Below, piece after piece: positions 38,635 to 52,233 of a stretch of DNA of 64,000 nt. The position numbers and the translations under genes were made by a program. The stretch spans positions 90,272,001 through 90,336,000 of the forward strand of contig OX597821.1 in NCBI GenBank assembly GCA_951406725.2, read 5' to 3'. Within the stretch, counting starts at the first letter, position 1; the number at the start of each line of letters is the position of its first letter. The notes under the pieces were generated by a model, which was not told the DNA's origin, made no database searches, and worked only from the letters and a program-made list of their open reading frames with translations. This DNA comes from Octopus vulgaris. Lineage: Eukaryota.

Positions 38635-39163
38635 TAATGCGATAATAAAGATTCTGCCAACTTGCTGTTGTAATAAGCTAAGTTGACGCTGAAAAGGGAT
38701 ATATACCTTACAAATGCAACGAACCTCTGCAGAATATGTGAAAAGAGGGTCGAAAGCGTAACTGACTCACATTGGTAATGTTTGTGAAAGCCTTGCATAG
38801 AAAAAGTATTAGCGCAGACACTAGGTAGCCCCAAACCTTCACTGGTAGCAATGCCGGAAGTATAGCTACGAGGTAACGGGTGCCTGGTACCAACATATAC
38901 CGGAAAAGGTAATGGACGTAAAAGGGAAGACAAAAATCCTCTGCAACTTTGGAAACAGTAAGCAAAAATCTCGAGAGATACGTGGAACAAATAAGGGCTG
39001 CTGCAATAAGAGTGGAGCACTTGCAGAAAACAGCACTTCTTGGAATCGCTCGAATACTCCGGAAGGTGCTCGAAAAATAAGAGGTGTTACCTTAGTTCAC
39101 TGGTAGGGAACAGCTGACAATGTAAGTACATCTCCAGTGTTAGAAGCTGTGCAAAGGAAATAA

Positions 39164-39168
<5 letters not shown>
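38635..39168 (+). mobile_element. 5'-truncated, internally deleted R4/Dong-like (restriction-like endonuclease) non-LTR retrotransposon 3' end
   Basis: CCHC knuckle LCRICEKRVESV..HI..VCESLA..Y*RRH..VAPNLHW..WYQHIPEKV..KIL, then ETVSKNLERYVEQI..LQKTALLGIARILRKVLEK* (stop at 39078-39080), a short 3' UTR and an (AAT)n tract. Confidence 0.85.

Positions 39169-39254
<86 letters not shown>
39169..39254. repeat. (AAT)n microsatellite
   Basis: Direct reading. Confidence 0.95.
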
Positions 39255-39255
<1 letters not shown>

Positions 39256-39499
39256 TCAGAGAAATCAGAATTGACATGACAGCAGAGCAAACCAAAAAAG
39301 AATAAAAATAGAAAAAGAAACTGCTGACGACAGTTAAGATTTTGAGGTTGGACTTGTATGTTGAATGTCTTCTACAATAATTAACAACCAATTATCAAAG
39401 CTTATAATGTGCAGAAATAGACTCTGTGAGATCTCGGAACAAACCAGACCTAGCGCTCAGAGAAGTAAAAGAAGAATAACAATAATAATGATTTGAAAT

Positions 39500-39707
39500 A
39501 CTGAAACAAGACCAGTAAGTTTGGGAAAGGGAATAAGTCGATTAAATTGACCCCAGTACTCAACGGGTGACTGGGTTATCGAACCCAAAAGGATGAAAGG
39601 CTAAGTTGACCTCGGCAGATTTTGGAATCAGAGCGTAAATACGAACGAAATTACGCTAAGCATTTTGTCCGTTGTGTTAACTATTCTGCCAGCTTTTTCG
39701 CTTTCCG

Positions 39708-39740
<33 letters not shown>

Positions 39741-39852
39741 TTAATATATCAATTTTTTCCCACAATGGCAGCTTGGAGAGAGAATTAAGTCGATTATATC
39801 GACCCCAGTGTTTCACTGGTACTTAATTTATCGATCCGAAAGGATGAAAGGC
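39500..39852 (-). mobile_element. Two SINE family C copies (39500-39703 and truncated 39755-39852)
   Basis: GACCCCAGT..TTATCGA..AAAGGATGAAAGGC core occurs twice, separated by (AAT)n. Confidence 0.8.
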
Positions 39853-39854
39853 GG

Positions 39855-40340
39855 TATGGTGTTGTATGGTGGTGTGTGGTGTGAGGTCTGGGGGTTGGGT
39901 GGGGGAGGCGATAGTGGGGAAAGCAAGGGTGGGATAGGGTTAGAGTGAGGGTGGGTGTAGGGATGGGGGTAATTCGGAGGGGGTGTAAAGGACGGGGTGG
40001 GATGTATAGGGAAGGTGGGGTTGGAATATGGAGGGATGGAGTAATGAGGGAGGGGTGACGACGAAGGGAGAGGCTGGAAGAGAGAAGGTGGGTAGGAGTG
40101 AAGAGAGGAAGTAGGTGTCACAGCAAGTGAGGAAAGGTGGGTGGAAGGAAGTAGATGTGAGAGGAATAGAGGAGAGAGGATGAGGGTTAGATGAAGAAGT
40201 GAGGAGAGTCGAGCCCATGTGGCGCAAAGAAGCGAAGAGAGAAGATTAATCCCTGTTCACGGTGAAGACGGGAGTCCGGATGGCCCCTGTGCAAGGATAA
40301 CCCGAGAGCGGAAATGGCGTGAGACTGGAGTGTCGTTACC
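39855..40340 (-). mobile_element. Penelope-like element: GIY-YIG endonuclease C-terminus and pyrimidine-rich 3' region
   Basis: HAISALGLSLHRGHPDSRLHREQGLIFSLRFFAPHGLDSPHFFI* (cf. R..REQ.LIF.L.T..P.GLN). Downstream sequence overlaps the inner end of 19543-19973. Confidence 0.8.
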
Positions 40341-41995
40341 AATATATTTAACTCCCTCGACCTGCGGAACATCTTAAACCCCAGCACGGAAGTCTAGGGA
40401 CCCTGCTTAGACTTTTGGCGATTCCAACAGAAATCTTGCGATCCTCAAGCTGATTGGGTGGATTCCGGATAGTTGTCTAATGGAAACAATCCCTTGCACT
40501 TGACACTTGACCTTTCATCTTTGTGGGTTTAGAAACTAGCCACATGGCCTTTTTTCACTCCATATTGAAGGGAAGTTAATGGCAACTGGTCACCAGGATC
40601 TGACGAGACGTATGTCTGTAAAGCTAAGTGCTTTACGCACATGAATCCCTAGGTAACCTTATTAACTGACCGTAACTATCTTTATATATATATATATATA
40701 TATATATATGGAGAGAGAGATAAGTAGATAGAAAGAGTGAGAGAGGGATGCACAGATGCATGTAGAGAGTGAGATAAATAAAGAATTTAGTTCTGATGTC
40801 TCCACTGGTGGGAAAAACAATAACAATGATGATGATGTTCATTATCATCATAACAACCATTAGGATAGTGTCTTACCAAAAACATTAACAGTCCTATCAC
40901 AATTGTCATCCAGATAATTTCTTTTTCTGTCTACATCTTCAAGTACGTTTTATCACAACTAAACTTAAATACCACCGGACTCGTTGTTTATTATTATTTT
41001 CTGGGGTTTTTGGGGGGGGTTTTTGTTTTTGTTTTTTGCCTTCATCCGATAATAAAGATTAAATAACGGTCAAGAAAGAGATCGATTTTATTTTATAATC
41101 CCTTCCCTTAATTTTGAGTTCATGTGCTTATGTATGAAATCACAAAATATTATCGGATATATAGTTTCAAATATCGGTATTTGCAGCATCACCCAATGTA
41201 TTTTAGAAACAGCAAGTTATCAACGTCATGACCACTACTACAACAACCGAACCCCAACAACAAAAGTAATAACAACACTGCTCTTGTCACGATCCTTTTT
41301 TTCCACGAAATGACTCAAATCACAAATGGCATGCGCACTAATGTTCCTAAAGATCTCACATTAATCTACGTCAGGCACACAAGCTGATTTCACACAAAGT
41401 TCTATCCTATTCCTCACAGATAATACAATGGAACAAATGATAAAACGTGTAGCATAAACACTGAACCAAAGATATCATCTCATGATATTGTCTATGAAAA
41501 TATGTTTATCTCTATGTGTATGTATTGGTATGCATTTGTGCGGGGTTTATAGATACGTAATGATAAGGTAGATAAGGTGATAGTCAACCAGGTTGATGTT
41601 TTTGCTTTGTATCCTTTGCACACATTATGCTGTGAATCCAAGCAGGAAATTATTTTCTGCATCCTCCAACTTTGAAATAAGAGAAGCAGATCTTCTGGGA
41701 ATGCTGTTTGTTAGGGTTTCTCTGATCAGCCATCTGCAAAATGGTACAAGCAAAGTAGAGTATACTTTGACAATTCATTGATCCACTAACAAGAGATTCA
41801 ACACGTAGAAAAGCCAAACAAAATCACTTGGCTCTGGATATACAGGCATGATAAGATGAAAATACACCGATTAGTCAAATCTGCGGGTGCTGCATCAGCC
41901 TGAAACGGGCCGATATGGCTAAAATATATATAATAAGCATGTGTATGCACACACACACACACACACAACACACACACATGTATGTATATGTATAT

Positions 41996-42418
41996 AGGCA
42001 CAAGCGTGGCTGTGTGGTAAGAAGGTAAGAAACTGCTTCTCAACCGCATGGTTCTGTATTCAGTCCCGTGGCGTGCCACGTTGGGCAAGTTTTTCTGTTA
42101 TAGCCTCGGGCCGACCAAAGCCTTGTGAGTGGATTTGATAGACTGAAACGGAATGAAGCCCGTCGTGTGTGTATATGTATGTGTGTGTGTGTGTGTTTAT
42201 TTGTGAGTCTGTGTTTGTCCTCTCACCGTCGTTTAACAACGGATTTTGGTGTGTTTATGTCCCCGAAACTTATCGTTTCGGCAAAAGAAACCAATAGAGA
42301 CCAAAAGACTAAGTACTAGGCTTACAAAGAAGTGCTGGGGTCGATTTGTTCGACTAAAGACAGTACTCCATCATGACCGCAGTGAAGATGGCTGAAACAA
42401 GTAAAAGAATAAAAGAAT
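41996..42418 (+). mobile_element. SINE family A, older copy
   Basis: Head to tail recognisable with moderate divergence. Confidence 0.88.
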
Positions 42419-42520
42419 ATGCATGTGTGTGCGTGTGTGTATGTATGTGTGTGTGTATGTGTGTTTGTGTGTGTATATATGTACTATATATTGTTTGCTA
42501 TTATATATATATATATATTA

Positions 42521-42900
42521 TTTTTGTTTTTTCTCATTTGACTACGGCCATAATGAGTACCGCAATGAATGATTTTAGTTGAACAGATCGACTCCAAGGT
42601 TTTTTTTAATCCTAGTACTTATTTTATCGCTTACTTTTTGCCGAACCGCTAAGTTGCGGAACGTAAACACACCAACACCGGTTGTCAAGCGGTGGTTGGG
42701 GACAAACCGAGACATAAGCAGACACACACACTCACATATTTACGACGTGCTTCTTTCATTTTCCATTAACCAGATCCACCCACAAGGCTTTAGTCGGCTT
42801 AAGTCTATAGTAGAAAACAGTTACGCAACATACAACGCAGTGGGACTGGACCTGGAACCATGTGGATGGAAACAAACTTCTTACTACACATCTAGGCCTA
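42521..42900 (-). mobile_element. SINE family A, older inverted copy
   Basis: TTTTGCCGAACCGCTAAG..ACCGGTTGTCAAGCG..GCAGTGGGACTG..GGAACCATGTGG. Confidence 0.82.
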
Positions 42901-43734
42901 TTTATATATCGATATGTATGTATTCTATCGCTCATTGAAATCAAGTCATGCTGGTTACGTCCTTGAAGGTTTTCGTCAATTGAATCAACTCTAATTCTTA
43001 TTGCAAGTCTTGTATATTTTCTAAGTTTCTTTTTCAAGAAGTTATGGAGGGTTAACCAAATCAAATCATGTTCCTCAGTGGAGGGGCTTCAGATGAACCA
43101 GAGAAATTTTGAAGTTATAGAGCACTTGTTTTTCCTTTCTGTTTTGTACTACTTACACATGACAAAGCGGAAGAACATCATCTACAGGCTTTGCCAGAAA
43201 TTCCGTTGAAATGCTCGTCGCTCTAGTATGGGTGATAGTTTTACCGGTAGATGGGATGATCTTTATGATAATGAAGCTGCTACGGACGATATTAATTCGG
43301 ATGATGATGATGATGATGATAATGATGATGAAGATGATGAAGATGATGACGACAACGACGATGATGATGATTTGATGGTGACGCAGTTTTCCTGCACCCT
43401 TCTTATCGATATTCTTTGTAGTTCTTGCGTAATTGTTTTTCCTATTTATCATCGCTCCTCTATTTAATGCTTATTTCTTCTTAGTATATGTAAGCCTCAG
43501 TCTCCAATAAATAGATCATTGCTAATACCTTCATTTCTTCATTACTTTTTCTTAGTAATTTCATACGAGTTTGTATTTTTATTTTATTTTTCTACACGTC
43601 CATGTGCCTGAAGCTTGTGCAGTATTGCCTTTTTTATGAACATGAAATGTATCTATATTCTACATTCGTATAGAATTTGGGGGAGGGTGGTTTAGTTTTG
43701 TTGTTTCTGTTGTTTATTTTATTGTTTTGCTTGA

Positions 43735-43915
43735 AAGCGCGTCACCGTGTGGTTAGTACTGTTGCACTCGCGAACGCGAGATCGTGGTTTCGATTCCCAG
43801 ACTAAATGTGGAGTTGTGCTCTTGAGCAAAATACTTCATTTCTCGTTGGCTTTAAATGGGTAACCTTATGACGGGTTGAATACAAGAATGTGTTTACAGA
43901 CCCAGGAAAAGTCAC
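43735..43915 (+). mobile_element. Decayed tRNA-headed SINE
   Basis: GTGTGGTTAG..CTCGCG..GAGATCGTGGTTTCGATTCCCAGAC head related to family B, with a different body. Confidence 0.6.
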
Positions 43916-44866
43916 TCGAAATGGGGTCCCCTTAACCATGTTTCGTATTGAGCAATCGAGAAACGAATAGTACAACCCGTAATGTGAATATCATCTGGTT
44001 GAGATTGGTTGTTCAATAACGATGAAGGATAATGATTGTTGCATAGAGTTTGTGAAAGATGAGTTGAATTATTTTGTTGGGTGGGGTTTGTGTTTATATG
44101 CCTGGTGTAACTGTTGTTATGTAGGATGATCGTTGTGTAGAATAGCTGTTATTTTTCTGGGTGTTAGAGCTGCAAAACAACAGATTTCGATCATTTTCAC
44201 GTTGTGTTGTAAAAAAAAAATTACTAAAATACTCTGCATAGAAAATGTATAAGTAAACAAAATGTTTCAAAGTTTAAATTCAGAAATGAAGTACCTTTTA
44301 TCTTTCACTTGTTTCAGTCATTAGACTGCGGCCATACTGGAGCACCGCCTTGAAAGATTTTAGTCATGATCACTTTGCGGAACCGCTAAGTTATTGTGAC
44401 TTAAACTCACCTACATATTTTACAAAGTTATACACATTTTTCACTCACTTTCGCAAAGTATGATAGCGTCTTAAAATTTTCCACGATTCCCCTAGTTAGT
44501 CGTCCTGTACAACAATGTGCTATGGTGCACCATTTCAGAATTTCTGCTGTAGACTACGTATTGTGAGGTTGTTTGGTGCTATGTGGGGCTGTATTTGTAG
44601 AAAATGTGTTTAATGCGAGAGGTGTTTATTTTGAGGAATGGTGATTGAGTTATCCACATGTTGTGTGGTTGGAGTTACATGAGAGGGCAATTAGAGTTTA
44701 GAGTTTTTTTCTTTTCTGTTGAACCGCAGAACGGTTATGATCGTGCAGACCAATGATCAAAGTAAGGCAACCACGCTGTAACAATTCGACTTTATCCGCA
44801 ATGTGTAGGGGGTTCATAACGAAAGAATACATTATCCAATGTATTCTTGCTTAAGATGAAGTAGAT

Positions 44867-45032
44867 AGGCGCAGGAGTGGCTGTGTGGTAAGTAGCTTGC
44901 TTACCAACCACATGGTTCCGGGTTCAGTACCACTGCGGGACACCTTGGGCAAGCGTCTTCTGCTATAGCCCCGGGCCGACCAATGCCTTGTGAGTGGATT
45001 TGGTAGACGGAAACTGAAAGAAGCCTGCCGTA

Positions 45033-45112
<80 letters not shown>

Positions 45113-45329
45113 GGTGTGTCTGTGTTTGTCCCCCTAGCATTGCTTGGCAACCGATGCTGGTGTGTTTACGTCCCCGTTACTTAGCGGTTCGGCAAAATGA
45201 GACCGATAGAATAAGTACTGGGCTTACAAAGAATAAGTCCCGGGGTCGAGTTGCTCGATTAAAGGCGGTGCTCTAGCATGGCCGCAGTCAAATGACTGTA
45301 ACAAGTAAAAGAGTAAAAGAGTAAAAGAG
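44867..45329 (+). mobile_element. SINE family A, full length, young
   Basis: Complete head, expanded internal (TA)n(TG)n and (GTAAAAGA)x3 tail. Confidence 0.93.
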
Positions 45330-45636
45330 ATCATTTCAAGGAGATTCGTTGGTTATTTGTAGCAGGTTGAACGACCAGATAAGGAGCGCATTTTTGGTTA
45401 GATTTGTTTTAGCGTTGGCGTACCTAACTGTATATGGCTCTTGTACATAATTTGAGTTACGTGAGTTGTTGTTTTATAATATTCGATGTTGAATATGTGA
45501 GAGTAAGTGTTGTGATATATTATTGGATACTGATTATGCAAGAGTATATGTTCCGGAAGCTATGTGTATATTGCTGGATGAGAACTGCATAAGATATTTA
45601 ACGTGCATAGCTGAATGCGTGAGTGGTGCTATTAAA

Positions 45637-45644
45637 TTATTATT

Positions 45645-45712
<68 letters not shown>

Positions 45713-45803
45713 CATTATGATTATTATTATTATTATTATTATTACAATTATATAATAATAATAATAATAATAATTATCATTATTATTACTATTACTGTTA
45801 TCA

Positions 45804-45840
<37 letters not shown>

Positions 45841-45902
45841 TATTACTATTATTACTATTATTATTATTATTAATATAATTGTTAATATTATTATTATTAT
45901 TA

Positions 45903-45963
<61 letters not shown>

Positions 45964-46074
45964 TATTACTATTATTACTATTATTATTATTATTAATATA
46001 ATTGTTAATATTATTATTATTATTATCATTATTATTATTATTATTATTATCATTATTATTATTATTACTACTAC

Positions 46075-46135
<61 letters not shown>

Positions 46136-46242
46136 ATATATTGTTATTATCATTATTAATATTATTATTATTATTATTATCATTATTATTATTATCATTA
46201 TTATTACTATTATTATTATTATTATTATCATCATCATCATCA

Positions 46243-46316
<74 letters not shown>

Positions 46317-46322
46317 ACTATT
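45637..46322. repeat. ~685-bp (ATT)n array
   Basis: Direct reading, with ATC and ACT variants interspersed. Confidence 0.95.
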
Positions 46323-47494
46323 GCTGCTGCATTCTTCCACCAGCTTGCTTTTAGAACTCGAAACTCGTATTCATAGTTTTGCATTCACCTACTTCAGTTT
46401 GCATCTTTAATGCATCTATCCATATTGCATATGCACTGAATTATAGTGTGGTAATAAGCATTTCTGCACTCAACGCACGTCTGCATGGAGAGGGAGTGGA
46501 TGAGAGAAGTGGTAGAGAAACTTCTGCATTATAACTATCAATAATATTTTTTTGCACTTCCCTTTAGAGGAAGTTTTTTATTTCTTTTATTGTGTGTTTC
46601 TTTACATTTGAATTCTTTTTGCTGTTGTTATATTATGTTATATTGTTAATAATGTTTTGGTATTTGTAGGGATTCTAGAGGTGGTTGTTGTTATTACATG
46701 GGTGTAAAGGAATGCATTTTGTGTGTTTATTGTTAATGTAGTTGTTTTTTTTTTGTTAGTTTTTACGATAGCAATAATAATAATAATGATGATGATAATG
46801 ATGATGATGATGGTTATGTTGATGCTGTGATTATTATCACTGCATCGTACTGCAGTCCTTGCATTATGGCCACGAGAAAGTCACTTAACTCTACCCTACA
46901 TGACTTGCATAAAAGAAACAAAAATTAATATTATTATTATTGTTGTTGTTGCTGCTGCTGCTGTTGATGTTGCTGTTGTTGCTGCTGCTGCTGTTATTAT
47001 TAATATTAGTATTGTCGTAGTCATTGCTTTTATAATCATCATCATTATCATCATCATCATCATTATTATTATTAATATTTGCATCGTGAATGCATAATTT
47101 AGTTGAATGTTTCACAAAATTTCTCGTCGCATTTACACACTTTCCTTCACAATCTTAGTTCAAATTACACCAGGATTCTACTTTATACTTTTCACGCTCT
47201 CCAGAATCGATACCCCGCCCCACCAACAAAGAATCACTATTATTGATTATGATCAAATCTACTACATCTCACCACACCTTTTATATATGGATGTTTGTTT
47301 ACGACAGACATCATTATTATAACAATAGACGCTGGAATGTTATCGGAACAAGTTATTCATGATATTGACTAACCTTATATTTTCGGAGTCCTAGCAATAC
47401 ATAAGGTAAACTTCCAGTCTACTGTAGTCTTCCTCAAAATTTTATACTTTTGTATCTATGTTGTAAAACCTGATAATAATGATTATTATTATTA

Positions 47495-47665
47495 CACACG
47501 CAATTTTGAAGAGAATGGAATGTCGTTCACATCGACAATAACATTTAACTTGTATTTTATTCTATCAACCTGAACGGTTGTACGGCAAAGTTTACCTCAG
47601 TAGGATGTGAACTCGAAACGTAAAAGGCTTGGAGAGATATTCTTAAGTGTTTTGCCATATGCGCT
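47495..47665 (-). mobile_element. Decayed SINE family C
   Basis: GGCAAAGTTTACCTCAGTAGGATGTGAACTC aligns with GGCAAAGTCGACCTCGGCGGAATTTGAACTC. Confidence 0.6.
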
Positions 47666-50627
47666 GTGTGCCGTGAAGAGGAACTGTAGTAGAACACGTA
47701 TATAAACTACAAGAGAGCGAGCCAGGGGAAGGAATTACCGCACTGAAAATAGGATCAAATTATAGGAAATTTTCTACAATATTTTTAAAACTTATACATG
47801 TAATCTACCTACAGGAGTCTTTTCTCGCTCACTTTGACCAAGTAGCTCTTCGTGTATGGTTTTGGAATCACCAGAATTTAGCATTGTAAGAATAACATAA
47901 AGAAGGCACGGAGAGAAGTCACAATCACGTGATATCATGAACGGAAGTGGACGTTTAATTGTAACATATTTATAGTGTTTTAGTTATCGCGTTTTATTAT
48001 GTTTTTTCATATAACTATTTGTGTACTTTTTACAATTTTAACTAGTTTCATCAAATATATCATACAAAGTCTTTTACCCCGTCTCTTGTTTTTATTACTT
48101 GTCACTCTCATCCCACAAGTTCTTTGTAAGTCTCAGTCTAACGTTTTTCGCCTTTTTATACTCTCTTTAGCTCTTCTGGCTAATAAAATCGAACGATGCA
48201 TTGTTGTTTTCTTCATGAATAGTCGTGTTTCGTAGATCTCCCTAAAGAATTGCAAAATACTACTTTTTTTATTGATATAAATTTTTTAGTAGCCCGTTTC
48301 TCATTAAGAAATATTGACAAAGATTTTCAGCTTAATTAAGAATCCACATCATTTTATTAGGTTGGAGAGTCTGTTGTCTTGACATTGTTTTATGACCATT
48401 TGCAATATTTACATTTGTTTCAAAACAGTCCGTTCAGAAATACCGAGAAGAGGTGATTGGCACATTGCTGGAAGCAGTAGCCTAAATAATCTAAACAAAT
48501 GATTCGTCTCAATTATTTTCAGACACGAAATCACACTGTAAAGATACATACAATGTAAAAAATTAAATAGAGAGTTTCGTGCATACATTCTTGCACGAGA
48601 GAAACAATACACACATGAATCGTATTAAAAACCTTAATCTAAATTAAAGTAATGTTTTATGTTTTATTTTGGTCAGGTAAGAAGACAGTGCTTACAAGGT
48701 TTTACAGGGCTTCAAAGACCTGGTTCAGATACTTGTGTCAGAGAGGACTACATTACAGGCACACTGGGTAGGAAGTGGTAATGTTAAATCGAATGACGGA
48801 TAAAGTCCTCCGCCATAGAAGGCCGTAGTGAGATATAAACCAGAACAAATACCACAAGGCATCCAGTCTAACATTATCACAGTTCCGTTAAACCACTGCC
48901 CTGAATTGTTGAGCTCTCATTGACTCTCTAACAAATTAAAGTCGCCGTTTGGCCTCTTCGGGTTTTCTATTAACTCTTGAAAATTATTTACGACAATTGT
49001 GAGCTTAATGCACACTAGGTGGATAAGAAACTCTTAAAGCACTCTTAACATTTTGTGCTTTCTTTTTTTATTTGTTGGAGATCCGTTTTTATCCTCCCTC
49101 CTTCTATTCTACTGTACATTTCCTACTTTTTCCAAGAGAAGGATAGAAATCGTTTTCAATATCTCATTGTCACGGGAATGGAGTAAAATGGTTTCTCAGA
49201 GACACTGTCCGTCTCTGTGCTCTATGACATTGTTGGTGGATCTGTTTTTCAGTGTCTCCTTTAATGTCATCTGGTGTTGATGGTACTGAAGACAAAGTAA
49301 TTTAATTTAATTCCCAAATGTGAGTTATCCTTTGAACAGGAGATTCAGTTAGGAATGGTGATGTTTTTTTCTAAATAAGGTATTGTCTCTTCTTATGCAG
49401 TGTGCAGATGCCACTCTTAATTCATTTGCTTCAAAGAGCCACTTTCCCTGATTCTTTATGATCTTGATATAAAACACGTGCACCTTCTGCCTTGCAGCAC
49501 AGGCCTAATTGATTTTCGGGACAATCCCTGGGTAGGCTATATCTCAAGGAAGATAATATGGCTTTGAGAATAATTGATACTGGAAGATCCAATCCAGCTT
49601 CTAGATAGATTTTTCTGTAGACAAATCCTGCACTCACTACATGTAAGAAGCCAAAATAATTCAAAGAAGTCATTAAACTGCTATTTTACAAAATGACATG
49701 GCTTAGAGAAAGTGTGAGTGGTAGGGGAACACGAACAGAGAAAGGTGTGTTGAATGACAGAGAAAATTCTTTTTATACAAGCGAGCGTCACATTTCTGCC
49801 CATAGTTTAAAAAGAAAATGTTCTAGCAAAGCTCACTCAACGGCCGCCACCATCACCTCTGGCCTGATAGCAATAACACAAAAAAAAAACAAGAACATGT
49901 CTAGTGAAAATAAGAGCAATAACAACAAAAGCAGTAATAAAAGCACCATCACTTCCATTCCCACCTTTACCAATACTAACAAAGTAACCTTCTTAGCCAT
50001 AATTGTATAGATGCTAGAAAAAATGTAATTGCATTCAACATCGACGTATTCAACGTGTACACCTACAATAGCGTGACAAAATATACAGTCTGAGTGCTTC
50101 AGAAGTAGGCTATGTGTAAGAGCCTGACTATCGGGACTTGCTCCAGTTTCTTCTAACCCAAACTGTTACATCAATTCGTTTATTTCTTGAAAGGCCAAGT
50201 CCTTCTTGAAGCGTGGTTTTGTTCTGTTCGAATTTATTATGTTCTATTCAAATCGGTTGACTCGGTTACTACTCTTATGCTCTCTTTTGAAGGTGTGGTG
50301 CGCGTGGTTACTAAAGTGCATATATGCACTTAGATTGCAGAATCTGTAGAGATTCCTAAATGGTGTAGCTAATGGGGTCAGGCATGTTTTGCCAAAATTC
50401 TTTTCTTTTAATACAGTAGAAATCCTGATCGATTCTAAAACTGAGATTAGGTGTCTGCCATTTCGAATTTTCTCAGGGAACTGAAGTTTTATAACGATTT
50501 TTCAATATAACATCCCTTCATCTATCGCACGTCATCATCATCATCATAACTAAACGGTTTCACTTCGCAGAGTTCAACCTAGCTGGTAATTTCTTTCTGG
50601 AATATTTAATAGGAAACATGTTTTTAC

Positions 50628-50690
<63 letters not shown>

Positions 50691-52233
50691 TATACAAACT
50701 GACTAACAAAAGGTCTTGAATATTTAAACGTTTCTCGAATTTCTTGAAAGGGAAAAATATCCTAAGCTATTTTTCTTTTATACATATGTTGTACCGGAAA
50801 AGGAAATTCAAATAACAATAACAGAATCCCTATCAACAACAAACCTAAAGTAACTCATTTTGTGAGCAAGGGGGTATCTTTTCAAGGCAAAACGACGTGT
50901 AGGCATAATCGACTTCCAGGCAATTGATAAACAACACCTAAGAGCTATGACAACAATACAGCATTCCGAAAGAGCGCATCGCCTTTCCCGAACAATTTAC
51001 CGAAGAAAAAATGTAAAAGACATAACAGTGGAAGCCTATAAGATGGACGGCAGCTGTAATACAAAGGGCCTTTCTTGTTACACCCCGTGTTATGTTGTTT
51101 TTACTTTCTTCTGAGAATTATGCTTAGAGTAAAACTGTTTATGGACCCTCAGTCAAATATATAACTCATTCAGCAGGTATTTCAATTTATCGGGCAAGTA
51201 AAATATTCAATGTCGAAACCGACGGAGATCAATCTATATTTGTGTGTGTGTATGTCTGTGTGTGTGTGTGTGTGTGCGTGTCTTTGTGTATGTGTGAGTG
51301 TGGTTTGCGGTGGGTGTGCGAGTAATTCAGTGATATCAATCATGAATTCTACTGGTAACATGTAATCCTATGTCCGTCCAATCTGTTCCGTAATAATCTG
51401 AACGGCACTAAACCAGCATTCCCACCGGCTTTCTTTATGACAAGGGTTGCTGTAAAGCTGATACGATGACAGTAAGACCTGTCAAAATATTCGATGAACT
51501 CAAGATAGTGTCAACCGATATCTACTAACAGTGTTCGCAAACATAAACGCATTTGAAATTGTGGACAAGTACGCAGTAAGACCACTGAGACTGGGGGTGG
51601 GGAGCAGACTGGTGATCTTTAAGTGTGGTCAATGAAGTATGTCTGAGAGAGAGAGAGAGTTACTCAGAATTAAATTAAGCAATTGAAACCGATATAATAG
51701 TTGTTTTTAATCCACGCTTAATACTTTCAGTAACTGCTTTGTTTCTCATGATTTTCATGTGGCCGAGGTAACCGTAATGAAAGGAAGATATAAGTGTGTA
51801 AGCTATATTTGCCTTTGATCTCATCCAAGCATAAGTGTTACTTGTTAACACATATGGTCTGCTTAATTATGGCAAACTACAATAAAATTACTTAAGATCA
51901 GTGTAATATATTCAGCTCAGATAAAATGTTATATTTACTACGTGGTTCATTGGCAAACAAAGTAGGCAATGTCAGAGAACCCAAGGAACACAGTTTCTGT
52001 TTTCGTAAAAGACTCTGTCCAGGAAATCGGCAGGTCTTGAATTGTGGATATACTACGTTTTGAACGCAGCTTTTGATAGCACTAGTTAATCGACTTTTCC
52101 CCTCTCCCTCTCTCTCCCACATCCCCCTTTCTCTCTCTCTTTTTTTCACATATACACACGGAGGCAAACAAGCGAAATCAAACATACACGCGCGCGAGCG
52201 TGTGTCTATTTGTGCAAGTTTCATTACTGGTGT

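Noticed and set aside
43980-47450. GT-rich and AC-rich unique-looking patches (43980-44200, 44460-44700, 47100-47420) suggestive of ancient LINE fragments
   Set aside because: No unambiguous protein motif could be read.
49431-49673. 80-aa minus-strand ORF with non-repetitive composition
   Set aside because: No recognisable domain and weak splice context. The length is compatible with chance.
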